Notes: generated by a model from the letters alone, not told the origin. A stretch of 64,000 bases of DNA from an uncultured bacterium (GCA_963726455.1 CAVSCK010000004.1:1088001-1152000), one strand, 5' to 3'. Shown: positions 10,120 through 18,859, numbered from the stretch's first letter. Made by a program: numbers and translations.

Positions 10120-12129
10120 CTACACCACCTCCGCCGCTATTTTTTTGATGGGCGGTTGCCACAACTCACGCGCACGTTCTTGCAGTTTGTCACCGTCACC
10201 ACGCTTGACACGTTTGATTGAGTTGTAGCGGCAAATCTGGTAACAGGCGCCGCATTGAATGCACTTGTCCTGCAGGATGTAGTGCAGACGCTTCGGTTCG
10301 CCGACGATCGCGCTGGTCGGGCATGATTTCAGGCACGCGTGACAACCATTGCAGGTGTTGTCGATGGCGTGCGACACCAGGTCTTTGCAGACACCGGCCG
10401 GACAGCGTTTGTCGATGACATGTGCCAGATATTCCTGACGGAAATAGCGGATGGTAGACAACACCGGATTCGGCGCGCTGCCGCCCAACTGGCACAGACT
10501 GGTGTCGATAATTACCTGCGATAGTTCTTCGAGATACTCGATGTCCTCGATCGTACCCTTTCCTTCACAAATCTTTTTGAGGATGTTCAACATCACGACC
10601 AATCCCTCGCGACAGGGAACGCATTTGCCGCAGCTCTCTTCCGTGAGGAAATTGATGAAGTATCGCGCGACATCGACCATGCAGGAATCCTCGTCCATCA
10701 CGATCATTCCTCCCGATCCCATCATCGATCCGGCCTTGGTCAATTCATCAAAGTCTATGGGCAGATCGAGCAGGCTGACCGCCTCGTCTTCCTCGCGGAT
10801 ATCGCCATGAGCTACCATACTGGCGTGAATTTTCGCTTCGGCAGTTTCGACAATGAGCGTGCCGCCCGACGGTCCGCCTGTCTGCACGGCCTTGAAGCGC
10901 TTGCCACCCGGCACACCGCCACCGATATCGTACAGAATTTCGCGCAAGGTAATTCCCATCGGTACTTCGACCAGGCCGGTGTTGTTGATCTTGCCGGTCA
11001 AAGCAAAAACCTTGGTACCTTTGGAACCCTCGGTGCCGATTCCGGCAAACCACGCCGAACCGCGCTCGATAATTGGTGGGACGTTCGCCCAGGTTTCGAC
11101 GTTGTTCAAGTTCGAGGGTTTCTCCCACAGTCCCGCTTCGACGGTGTGAATGTACTTGGCGCGCGGTTCGCCGACCTTGCCTTCCAGCGAAGCCATCAGC
11201 GCCGTCGACTCACCGCAGACAAACGCGCCGCCGCCGCGCGAAATCTCAATATCGAAACCAAAGCCGGTTCCGAGAATATTCTCGCCGAGCAGTCCGTAAT
11301 CGCGCGCTGCTTTGAGTGCGATCGCCAGGTTTTTGACTGCCAACGGGTACTCATTGCGGACATAGACAAAACCTTCGTGGCTGCCAATGGCGTAAGCGCC
11401 GATGATCATTCCTTCGATGACCTGATGCGGATTGCCTTCCAGCAGGGAGCGATCCATAAAAGCGCCCGGATCACCCTCATCCGCGTTGCAGATCACATAT
11501 TTGGGTTGTCCTTTGGCTGCCCGGCACGATGCCCATTTCTTTCCGGCCGGGTAGCCACCACCTCCGCGGCCGCGCAGACCGGATTTCTTGATCTCATCTA
11601 TGACCTGTTCGGCTTTCATCGTGGTTAATGCCTTGACAACCGCTTGATATCCGCCGAGCAGGATGTAGTCATTGATCGCGGTCGGATCCATCACGCCGTT
11701 CTTGCCGAAGATGATTCGCTGTTGCTTCTTGTAGAAAGGTATATCCTTCTCGTGTTTGATTATCTGGTTGGTTTGGGGATCGCGATACAACAGTTTATTG
11801 ACCAGTTGACCGCCTTTGACCGTCTGCTCCCAGATCAACTTGGCATCTGCCGGCTTGACGCGCTGGTAGAAGACTCTCTGGGGATGAACTACAACCAACG
11901 GTCCGCGCTCACAGAATCCGTGGCAGCCGGTTGACTTGATCTCAACTTCATTTTCCAGGCGATCCTTCTCGCATTCATCGCGGAACGCTTTCAGAACGCT
12001 CTCGCATCCACACGCCAGACAACCGGTCCCAGAGCAAACGGTGACCATCGTCTTGTTCGCGTTGCGGCTCTTTTCAAGATGATCTTTCAGCGCCAACAGG
12101 TCGGCGGTGGTTTTTAGTTTCTGGATCAT
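10120..12129 (-). CDS. HydB/NuoF-like FMN- and NAD(H)-binding subunit
   Basis: N-terminal [2Fe-2S] (CSGTGC, CHGFC), GLRGRGGGG, CNADEGDPGAFMDR, GAFVCGE, ESCGKCVPCREG, H..CPAGVC and a C-terminal 2[4Fe-4S]. Confidence 0.92.
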   Translation of the reverse strand: MIQKLKTTADLLALKDHLEKSRNANKTMVTVCSGTGCLACGCESVLKAFRDECEKDRLENEVEIKSTGCHGFCERGPLVVVHPQRVFYQRVKPADAKLIWEQTVKGGQLVNKLLYRDPQTNQIIKHEKDIPFYKKQQRIIFGKNGVMDPTAINDYILLGGYQAVVKALTTMKAEQVIDEIKKSGLRGRGGGGYPAGKKWASCRAAKGQPKYVICNADEGDPGAFMDRSLLEGNPHQVIEGMIIGAYAIGSHEGFVYVRNEYPLAVKNLAIALKAARDYGLLGENILGTGFGFDIEISRGGGAFVCGESTALMASLEGKVGEPRAKYIHTVEAGLWEKPSNLNNVETWANVPPIIERGSAWFAGIGTEGSKGTKVFALTGKINNTGLVEVPMGITLREILYDIGGGVPGGKRFKAVQTGGPSGGTLIVETAEAKIHASMVAHGDIREEDEAVSLLDLPIDFDELTKAGSMMGSGGMIVMDEDSCMVDVARYFINFLTEESCGKCVPCREGLVVMLNILKKICEGKGTIEDIEYLEELSQVIIDTSLCQLGGSAPNPVLSTIRYFRQEYLAHVIDKRCPAGVCKDLVSHAIDNTCNGCHACLKSCPTSAIVGEPKRLHYILQDKCIQCGACYQICRYNSIKRVKRGDGDKLQERARELWQPPIKKIAAEVV

Positions 12130-12647
12130 GCCGCCTCCGTTCCGCTTGCGGATTTCTTCTTGTGCAGCAACTCATCAAGCATCTTGTCAACCTTGGTGAC
12201 CGTCATGTGGCCGTAGTAGACTCCGTTTGCCGTCACCAACGGACCCAGGGCGCAGGCGCCCAGGCAGTTGACAGTTTCGAGACTCACTTCCCCGTCAGGA
12301 GAGGTGTCTCCTGACTGAAGTCGAAGATCGCGCTCCAGTTTGTCGACAATCACTTTCGCCTGCCGAACGTGACAGGCCGTGCCCGTGCAGACGCAGATAT
12401 GATTTCTGCCGGTCGGTTTGAGCGTGAAGGCGCGATAGAAAGTCGCGACACCGTAAATTTGAGCCAGCGGCAGTTTCATGTTCTTGGACACTGCGCGCAA
12501 TGCGTCCTCCGGCAGATAGCGATAATGCTTCTGAATATCCTGAAGTATCATAATCAGCGCGGTCGGTTTGGCGCCATATTCGCCGACGATCTCTTCAATC
12601 TTGCTGTCGAGATCATAGGCGGTGTTAGCTGCAACTGTTATGGTCAT
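12126..12647 (-). CDS. HydC/NuoE-like [2Fe-2S] subunit
   Basis: YGVATFY, CTGTACH and CLGACALGP motifs. Confidence 0.92.
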   Translation of the reverse strand: MTITVAANTAYDLDSKIEEIVGEYGAKPTALIMILQDIQKHYRYLPEDALRAVSKNMKLPLAQIYGVATFYRAFTLKPTGRNHICVCTGTACHVRQAKVIVDKLERDLRLQSGDTSPDGEVSLETVNCLGACALGPLVTANGVYYGHMTVTKVDKMLDELLHKKKSASGTEAA

Positions 12648-13633
12648 GGCTTAACTCCTTCCAGCGCTTCTTCCGCAGTCGTCTCCACATTCTCCGGCAT
12701 CGGTTGCGCGCCGGTCAGAGGCGTCAGGTCGTGTTTTGGCCCCATCGACCACTTGTCCTGCACGTCCAGCAATCGCCCTTCGCGATAGACCAGATCGCCC
12801 AGGATCATGCGGCGATTCTGTGGATACGGCACGCTGGGACAGGCCTCATAGCATGAGCCGCAACTGTTGCACTTCAGCGGATCAACGTACCGGGCTTTCT
12901 TCTTGATCTTGACTTTGAAGTTGCCGATGTAGCCCTCGACGTTTTCGATCTCCGCGTAAGTCACCAGCTTGATGTTGGGATGCTTCCCGACCGAAACCAT
13001 CTTCGGCGTCAGAATGCAGGCAGCGCAATCGAGGGTCGGGAAGGTCTTATCAAAGTGTGACATGTGTCCGCCGATGGAAGCATCGCGTTCGACCAATATC
13101 ACCTCGTATCCGGCGTCCGCCATTTGAAGCGCGGCTTCAATACCTGCAATGCCCGCGCCAACGACCAGGACTCGGCGAGTAATCGGCACACGACGCATTT
13201 CCAGCGGTACCTGGTAGCGAACGCGCGCGACGGCAGCTTTGACGAGCGCTGTGGCTTTAGCCGTCGCGGCTTTGGGATCAATCGTCACCCAACTTACCTG
13301 TTCGCGCACGTTGGCCATTTCGAACAGGTAGCGGTTCATCCCGGCAACTTCCACCGCTTTACGGAAAGTATTTTCGTGCATCAGCGGGCTGCAGGCAGCA
13401 ACTACGACGCGATCGAGTTTGAGTTCCTTGATATCTTTCTGAATCATTTCCTGGCCGGGGTCGGAGCACATGAAACGATAATGTCTGGCGACCACTACGC
13501 CGGGGAGCGACTTGGCGGCCTCGGCGACTTTGGCGACATCCACCGTCTTGGCGATGTTGGTGCCGCAATGACACACGTACACGCCGATGCGCGGGATGCC
13601 GTTGCCGCCGCCAACCTTGAGATTGTCAGTCAT
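12644..13633 (-). CDS. hdrA: Heterodisulfide reductase subunit A, N-terminal half (split HdrA)
   Basis: RIGVYVCHCG, MCSDPGQ, ACSP, GAGIAG FAD motif and KTFPTLDC. Ends after a single CNSCGSCYEACP motif. Confidence 0.9.
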   Translation of the reverse strand: MTDNLKVGGGNGIPRIGVYVCHCGTNIAKTVDVAKVAEAAKSLPGVVVARHYRFMCSDPGQEMIQKDIKELKLDRVVVAACSPLMHENTFRKAVEVAGMNRYLFEMANVREQVSWVTIDPKAATAKATALVKAAVARVRYQVPLEMRRVPITRRVLVVGAGIAGIEAALQMADAGYEVILVERDASIGGHMSHFDKTFPTLDCAACILTPKMVSVGKHPNIKLVTYAEIENVEGYIGNFKVKIKKKARYVDPLKCNSCGSCYEACPSVPYPQNRRMILGDLVYREGRLLDVQDKWSMGPKHDLTPLTGAQPMPENVETTAEEALEGVKP

Positions 13634-14511
13634 GCCCTAACCTCCTTTGCACAGGCGATTAGCTTGTCCGGCGAGATCAGAAAATCGTTCAATCCCATCC
13701 GGGCGGGCGGAACTCCAAGCGCGACGCCGACCAGGTGGCTGAAATAGACGATCGGTATGTTGAAGTTCCGGTCGAAGGCCTGATTTATCTTCTTCTGATA
13801 GGCCTCCAGATTCATTTGGCAAAGCGGACACGCGGTGGCAATCAGCTCCGCCCCATTATCCACAGCCGCTTGCAAGAGAGTCATATTCAATTTCAGGGCG
13901 ACACTTTCTTCGGTAGTCATCAACATGCCGCCGCAGCAGCGCACTTTGCCGGGAAAGTTGGTTACTTCGGCGCCAAGCGCGCGCAACAGATTGTCCATCG
14001 TGATTGGATCATCGACGTCGTCGAAGAAGCCATAAGGCCTTACAATCTGGCAGCCGTAGTAAGGCGCGACTTTGATACCCGTCAGTGGATTGACGACTTT
14101 CGCTTTGATAGCTTCAATGCCGGTGTCGTTGACGAGAATATCGACTGGGTGACGTACCTCGGTCTTGGCATCATACGAGAGATTGGCGGCGCCAAGCGCT
14201 TGATTGATCTTATCGCGCTCTTTCGGATCCCAGCAAAGATGCCGATTGGTCTTCCGCAGAATTGTGAAACAACTGCTGCAGGGAGCGCAGACGTCCATTC
14301 CCATTTTCTGCGCGATCGCGAGATTACGGGCGCTGATCGAAAAGGCGACCGTGTTGTTGACGGACATGTACATCGTGGCGCCGCAGCAGTTCCAGTCTTC
14401 AATTTCGTGCAGGCCGATGCCCAGCAACTTGAAAACCTCGCGGATCGACTTGTCGTACGGACTCGCTGCCGTTTCCAAGCTGCAACCGGGATAGTAGGCG
14501 TAGTCCGACAT
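13630..14511 (-). CDS. hdrB: Heterodisulfide reductase subunit B
   Basis: Two CCG domains: YYPGC..WNCCG..PCSSC and YYGC..RCCGG..ACPLC. Confidence 0.93.
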   Translation of the reverse strand: MSDYAYYPGCSLETAASPYDKSIREVFKLLGIGLHEIEDWNCCGATMYMSVNNTVAFSISARNLAIAQKMGMDVCAPCSSCFTILRKTNRHLCWDPKERDKINQALGAANLSYDAKTEVRHPVDILVNDTGIEAIKAKVVNPLTGIKVAPYYGCQIVRPYGFFDDVDDPITMDNLLRALGAEVTNFPGKVRCCGGMLMTTEESVALKLNMTLLQAAVDNGAELIATACPLCQMNLEAYQKKINQAFDRNFNIPIVYFSHLVGVALGVPPARMGLNDFLISPDKLIACAKEVRA

Positions 14512-15098
14512 CAGTTCTCTCCTAGCTGGTTTGCGCGTTTGATAATTGCGCGAACTTCGTTGATGCGTTTGATCCTGCTGGGTAACACCGCCAGCCGTCC
14601 GCGGCGAAACATGGCCAAACCGAAGCCCGCCATTGTGAACATTTTCACAAAATTGGACTTTAGTAGATACCGAACAACGAGTCCAAGCTCGTGGTTTCTG
14701 CCGTAACGGTAGACGTTGTCTATGAACGCCTTGGACAGCGAATGCACCGGAAATTTGGCCGGATAAATCTTACGCGACATCGCGATACGCTTGAGCGCGT
14801 ACAATGTGTCGGTCACCCTGATTCCCGAAGGACAGCGGACGGTACACGAGTAACACGAAGCGCAGATCCAGATCGTGCGGCTATGAAGAATATCTTCGAT
14901 CCGTCCAGCACGAAACAACGCCACCGTCTGTCGCGGCGTGATGTCCATCGCATATGACACTGGACAGGCGCCACTGCAGGTGCCGCACTGAATGCACGAC
15001 TTGATCTTGTCGCCTTCCGGGACGTTCTTCAACTGTCCCCAGAAAGCCGATCGTAACTCGGCCTCGCTCTTGGGAAAAGGTTCGATTTTTTCGATCAT
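14511..15098 (-). CDS. hdrC: Heterodisulfide reductase subunit C
   Basis: CIQCGTCSGACP and WICASCYSCTVRCP motifs. Confidence 0.93.
   Translation of the reverse strand: MIEKIEPFPKSEAELRSAFWGQLKNVPEGDKIKSCIQCGTCSGACPVSYAMDITPRQTVALFRAGRIEDILHSRTIWICASCYSCTVRCPSGIRVTDTLYALKRIAMSRKIYPAKFPVHSLSKAFIDNVYRYGRNHELGLVVRYLLKSNFVKMFTMAGFGLAMFRRGRLAVLPSRIKRINEVRAIIKRANQLGEN
14633..14650. promoter_or_regulatory. Perfect Rex-box (also CRP/FNR-type) palindrome inside hdrC
   Basis: TTGTGAA-CATT-TTCACAA matches the Rex consensus TTGTGAA-N4-TTCACAA exactly. Confidence 0.5.
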
Positions 15099-15223
15099 AC
15101 ATACTCCCGCATCTCGGAAAGTTCGGAACCGTTATCGCTGCCGCGACAATGCTCCGGCACACGTCTTCCCCGCGTGCTCCAGAAGGTACACTAAACTTGT
15201 CTTTCATCGTTTAGTGTGTCTAT

Positions 15224-15252
15224 ATTCTACTCCCCGCACCGGCACGTGTCAA
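15224..15252 (-). promoter_or_regulatory. Sigma70-type promoter of the hdr-hyd-mvh operon
   Basis: TTGACA-N17-TAGAAT on the minus strand, about 125 nt upstream of hdrC. Confidence 0.7.
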
Positions 15253-15561
15253 GAGATTTTTTTCACAAAGTCATCATATTGTTTGTGTCGGCACTCTCCC
15301 GCAATCACCTTAACTGGCGCATGTCAGAACACAGGTTACGCCCTCCGGTTTTTCACCTACATCGCCGCTTCCTGGCACAAGTATCCGGCAATTGAGCTTA
15401 CCGATGCAGCCCAAATCCGATCTCTTTTTTGCGTTTTCAGAACCCAGAATTGTGATTGCGTATTACATTGCCGCGCAATATATAAGCTTTGTATTTTAGT
15501 CGGGCAGCGGGCAGGATGGGAACTTCACCGGAAAGGACGCGTAAGCTCTTTATACAACGCT

Positions 15562-17244
15562 ATGGACGCCAAGCAATACACTACAGAAAGCCGATTCTCG
15601 GAATCGCGGACGAAAACCGTCAGCGAGTTCTATGACGAAGTCAAGGGGCTCCTCCAGACTAACGCACTGGCAGTACTGATCTACCATCGGCTCCGCATGG
15701 AGCTGGAGGTTCGACTGTTCATGCCGTCCGAACTGCGGACGTTTTCTCTGCGCGAGATTGCCCCCAACGAGTTCGAGGAATTGGCTCTTGCCGACCTTCC
15801 GCCGCGAAACCCGGTCTATCTGGCTTTGTGCGACATTGTGGGTTATTGCCCCTCCGGTCACAAGGCATATCTCGTTCACGCCGAAGGGTATATATCGGCC
15901 ATGTTCCTGCTTTTTGCGCAGGAAGACCTGCAACCATTATCGGAATATCTGGAGCGTCACATTGAGCTATTCTCCTTGAAGCTCCACCATGCGATTCTCG
16001 TCGACGCTTACCACCGCAGCATGCTGGAACTGGAACTGCTTCAGGAAACTGGCGAAGTACTCTCCATGTCATTCCACATGGAGGAGGTATTCAAGGGAAT
16101 TGTCAGTGCCATACAGAAACTGCATCCGTTCGACGCACTGGGTATCTTCATTCTGAGCCCCAATAACGAGACCATGGAAGAGATCTTCTCAAAGGGTTAC
16201 GAATCCGAATCATCACGGCACATGCTGGAAATAAAGGCCGATCGCGGCCTGGTCGGCTGGGTCACCAAGACCGGCGAGCCGGTGATTGTGCCCAACGTCC
16301 AGGAGGATCCCCGATACGTCAATACCCGGGAAACCACTCACTCAGAGCTGGTCGTGCCGCTCTATTCCGGCAAACAGGTAATCGGCGCCTTTAATTTGGA
16401 GTCCGATCAATATGACGCTTATTCCCCGCTCGATCTGGAAATGGTGCGGGCGTTTGCCAACCAGGTCTCGCTATCAGTTACGCGGGCACGGCTTTACAAG
16501 GAACTCGTGATCAAGAATCGCATTGACGATCAACTGGAAGTGGCGCGGGACATTCAAAAATCTTTCCTTCCCGCCGGGCCACCGAAATATACCGGATTCG
16601 ATTTTGACGCGATCAATATCTCGTCTGAGCAGGTTGGAGGCGACTATTTTGACTTTATCCCGATTGTCGACCAGCAATTGGGGGTCACAATAGCCGATGT
16701 TTCCGGCAAAGGGCTGCCCGCGTCATTAATCATGGCGTCGTATCGCGCGTCTCTTATAGCAGAGATAAGGAACAACTATGCCATCCGGACAATCATGCGC
16801 AAAGTGAACAATCTGATCTGTGAATCTGTAGAACGAGGAAACTTTGTCACGGCTGTCTATGGCGTCTTGGATACCAGAAATCGGGTGTTCACTTTCTCCA
16901 ACGCCGGTCATAATCCACCATTTGTCTTGCGCAAATCAGGGGAAGTCGAATTCCTCACGGATGGTGGGCTTATCTTAGGAATTATGCCGGATCGCGACTA
17001 TCAGGAGCGCCCGCTTCACATTGGCACCGGCGATATTCTGGTATTGTATACCGACGGAGTTACCGATTCAGAGAATGAGAAGGGGGATCAGTTCGGCACG
17101 GAGCGGCTGGTGGAATTAGTTCGATTAAACAAGCGGTTGCCGGCCAGGGAAATCAGAACCAGAATAGTCACGGCCATTGACCAATTTCGCACCGGTGACG
17201 GCCAGCCGGATGACCTGACGCTGGTCGTAATCAAGTCTGAATAG
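15562..17244 (+). CDS. GAF-domain SpoIIE/RsbU-type PP2C serine phosphatase
   Basis: GAF domain (GLVGWV..P.IVPNV..DPRY, SELVVPL) plus VGGDYFD, ADVSGKG, NAGH, YTDGVTD and DDLT. Start moved to ATG 15562 because the longer ORF overlaps hdrC and its promoter. Confidence 0.9.
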   Translation: MDAKQYTTESRFSESRTKTVSEFYDEVKGLLQTNALAVLIYHRLRMELEVRLFMPSELRTFSLREIAPNEFEELALADLPPRNPVYLALCDIVGYCPSGHKAYLVHAEGYISAMFLLFAQEDLQPLSEYLERHIELFSLKLHHAILVDAYHRSMLELELLQETGEVLSMSFHMEEVFKGIVSAIQKLHPFDALGIFILSPNNETMEEIFSKGYESESSRHMLEIKADRGLVGWVTKTGEPVIVPNVQEDPRYVNTRETTHSELVVPLYSGKQVIGAFNLESDQYDAYSPLDLEMVRAFANQVSLSVTRARLYKELVIKNRIDDQLEVARDIQKSFLPAGPPKYTGFDFDAINISSEQVGGDYFDFIPIVDQQLGVTIADVSGKGLPASLIMASYRASLIAEIRNNYAIRTIMRKVNNLICESVERGNFVTAVYGVLDTRNRVFTFSNAGHNPPFVLRKSGEVEFLTDGGLILGIMPDRDYQERPLHIGTGDILVLYTDGVTDSENEKGDQFGTERLVELVRLNKRLPAREIRTRIVTAIDQFRTGDGQPDDLTLVVIKSE

Positions 17245-17246
17245 CG

Positions 17247-17275
17247 TTGACACTCTAACTCACCCGTGTTATACT
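17247..17275 (+). promoter_or_regulatory. Sigma70-type promoter with extended -10
   Basis: TTGACA-N17-TATACT with TG one base upstream of the -10. Confidence 0.7.
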
Positions 17276-17309
17276 TGACCGGGTGGCTAACGGATAGATT
17301 GGAGATTCT

Positions 17310-18401
17310 ATGAGTCGGAAATGGCTTACCCTGGCCGGAATCGCACTTTTCGCTTTAACTTCCCTGATCGTTTCAAGTTGCAGCAAGGACAAAGGCGCGG
17401 TAAATACTGACCCCTCCAACACCGTAATTGTTAAGCTCGTGTCAACTCCTCCGGACACGCTTGACCTGATAAATGATCCCGGCTGGGCTAGCGCTGAAGA
17501 AACCAGTATTCGCATTGGCGTGGACGCAGCTCACAGCAATGATCTCGGCGTCGGCCTGGTCAAAGTCCAAGCCATTAGCGACAATACGAACCTGTACATG
17601 AAGTTCAACTGGCGCGATTCGAGCCAGTCCATCCGCCCGGGCTATTGGAGTTACCTGCCGGACACAGCTGCCTGTCCCGGAAAAGTCTGGGCACAGAATC
17701 TCGGCGCCAACTGCACCGAAATCGATAACGCCGTCACTCCCCGTTGGGAGAACGAGGACGTATTGGCTCTGATGCTGGATATGGGAACCAACGGCACTGA
17801 CAAAGCCGATTGCGGCAACACCTGCCATCTTCTCATTGACACGACCATGCAGGGACTCAGACACTATACTTCGGGCGGAACGGTAGATGCCTGGGTCTGG
17901 CGTGCCGGACGCACCGATCCTCTGCATCTGGCGGATGACGAATGCTGGGGACCGCGCGAGCAGCTCACACGCCATGACTCATTCACGGTCGAGATCTACA
18001 CAATGAATGCCGACGAGCGGGAGGACAACAGACTACCGATTAAGATGCATTCGTCCGGTCATGGGTTTACCGGCAACGTACTCTTGGAACCGGAAACTAT
18101 TCCGTTTGCTCAGGATATAACAGTCGGCTGGGCTCCGCGAGACGGCCTCCCCGGTTGGATCATCAAGCCGGATTGGTATTACAACAAAGTTTCACGTTAT
18201 GATGTCAAGGCCAAATCCGAGTACGACGATGTTGTCAAGCGCTGGACCGTTGTTTTGTATCGAAAGCTAACGACGACTGACCTGCAGGAAGACGTCAATT
18301 TCAACGACGGCAGAAAAGAATATCAGGCGACCATGGCGGTGATGAATCACGCGTTTGAGCGGCACTCCGGATCACTGCCGTTCATCATCAAATTCCCTTA
18401 G
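17310..18401 (+). CDS. Lipoprotein of the ethylbenzene-dehydrogenase-gamma (EB_dh / DOMON-like) heme-binding family
   Basis: Lipobox VSSC, LYMKFNWRD, EDVLALM, CGNTCH, VDAWVWRAGRT, WTVVLYRKLTT..DV and a C-terminal HSGS. Confidence 0.7.
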   Translation: MSRKWLTLAGIALFALTSLIVSSCSKDKGAVNTDPSNTVIVKLVSTPPDTLDLINDPGWASAEETSIRIGVDAAHSNDLGVGLVKVQAISDNTNLYMKFNWRDSSQSIRPGYWSYLPDTAACPGKVWAQNLGANCTEIDNAVTPRWENEDVLALMLDMGTNGTDKADCGNTCHLLIDTTMQGLRHYTSGGTVDAWVWRAGRTDPLHLADDECWGPREQLTRHDSFTVEIYTMNADEREDNRLPIKMHSSGHGFTGNVLLEPETIPFAQDITVGWAPRDGLPGWIIKPDWYYNKVSRYDVKAKSEYDDVVKRWTVVLYRKLTTTDLQEDVNFNDGRKEYQATMAVMNHAFERHSGSLPFIIKFP

Positions 18402-18426
18402 AGACATAGCCCAAGATGAAATAAGA

Positions 18427-18465
18427 GAAGCCCACCACCTGCGAAGATGGCGGGCTTCCTATTTT
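18427..18465 (+). terminator. Rho-independent terminator between convergent genes
   Basis: GAAGCCC..CT-GCGA-AG..GGGCTTC hairpin followed by CTATTTT. Confidence 0.6.
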
Positions 18466-18511
18466 AGCGTGCTTTACTTAACCTCAAGTCGGGCAATTAT
18501 GCACTGATGTC

Positions 18512-18859
18512 CTAATCGTGTTTCAGGGGCAGTACTGAGACGATCACCAACTCCGAGTCACCGGTGTTTTTGATCTGGTGAACCTGACCGCCCGGCACGA
18601 AGACTACATCGTCCTTCTCCATGCGACATTCCCGGCTGCCGTCAGTCACGAGTCCTTTTCCCTTAACAACAAACAGCAAGTGTTCGTAATCGTGCGTATG
18701 AAGGGGCGTATATCCTTCCGGATCGACCTCCAGTATTCGCATAACGATGTCTTTGGCGCCGTCTTCCTCGGCAATTGCCACTCGCATGCTGACACCAACG
18801 GCCTTTTCCTTGAGAAATGCACCACGCTTTTCAACTTTGTTGTAATTCCTGACCTTCAT
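18512..18859 (-). CDS. Cupin domain protein
   Basis: TPLHTHDYEH..FVVKGKG and VFVPGGQVHQIKN cupin motifs. GGAG RBS before ATG 18859. Confidence 0.88.
   Translation of the reverse strand: MKVRNYNKVEKRGAFLKEKAVGVSMRVAIAEEDGAKDIVMRILEVDPEGYTPLHTHDYEHLLFVVKGKGLVTDGSRECRMEKDDVVFVPGGQVHQIKNTGDSELVIVSVLPLKHD

Noticed and set aside
8601-10148. 515-aa plus-strand ORF and similar long antisense ORFs (e.g. 13735-14706, 56141-57046, 59038-59943)
   Set aside because: These are shadow ORFs opposite well-supported genes in a moderately GC-rich genome, with no motifs or RBS.
5439-13633. Selenocysteine recoding in MvhA, MvhD or HdrA
   Set aside because: The expected ligand positions are ordinary Cys codons and no in-frame TGA interrupts these ORFs. 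The HdrA split is not a Sec artefact because whole genes intervene.
14992-15561. 190-aa N-terminal extension of the SpoIIE phosphatase in the ORF track
   Set aside because: It overlaps hdrC on the opposite strand and its promoter, and the translation is not protein-like. ATG 15562 is preferred.
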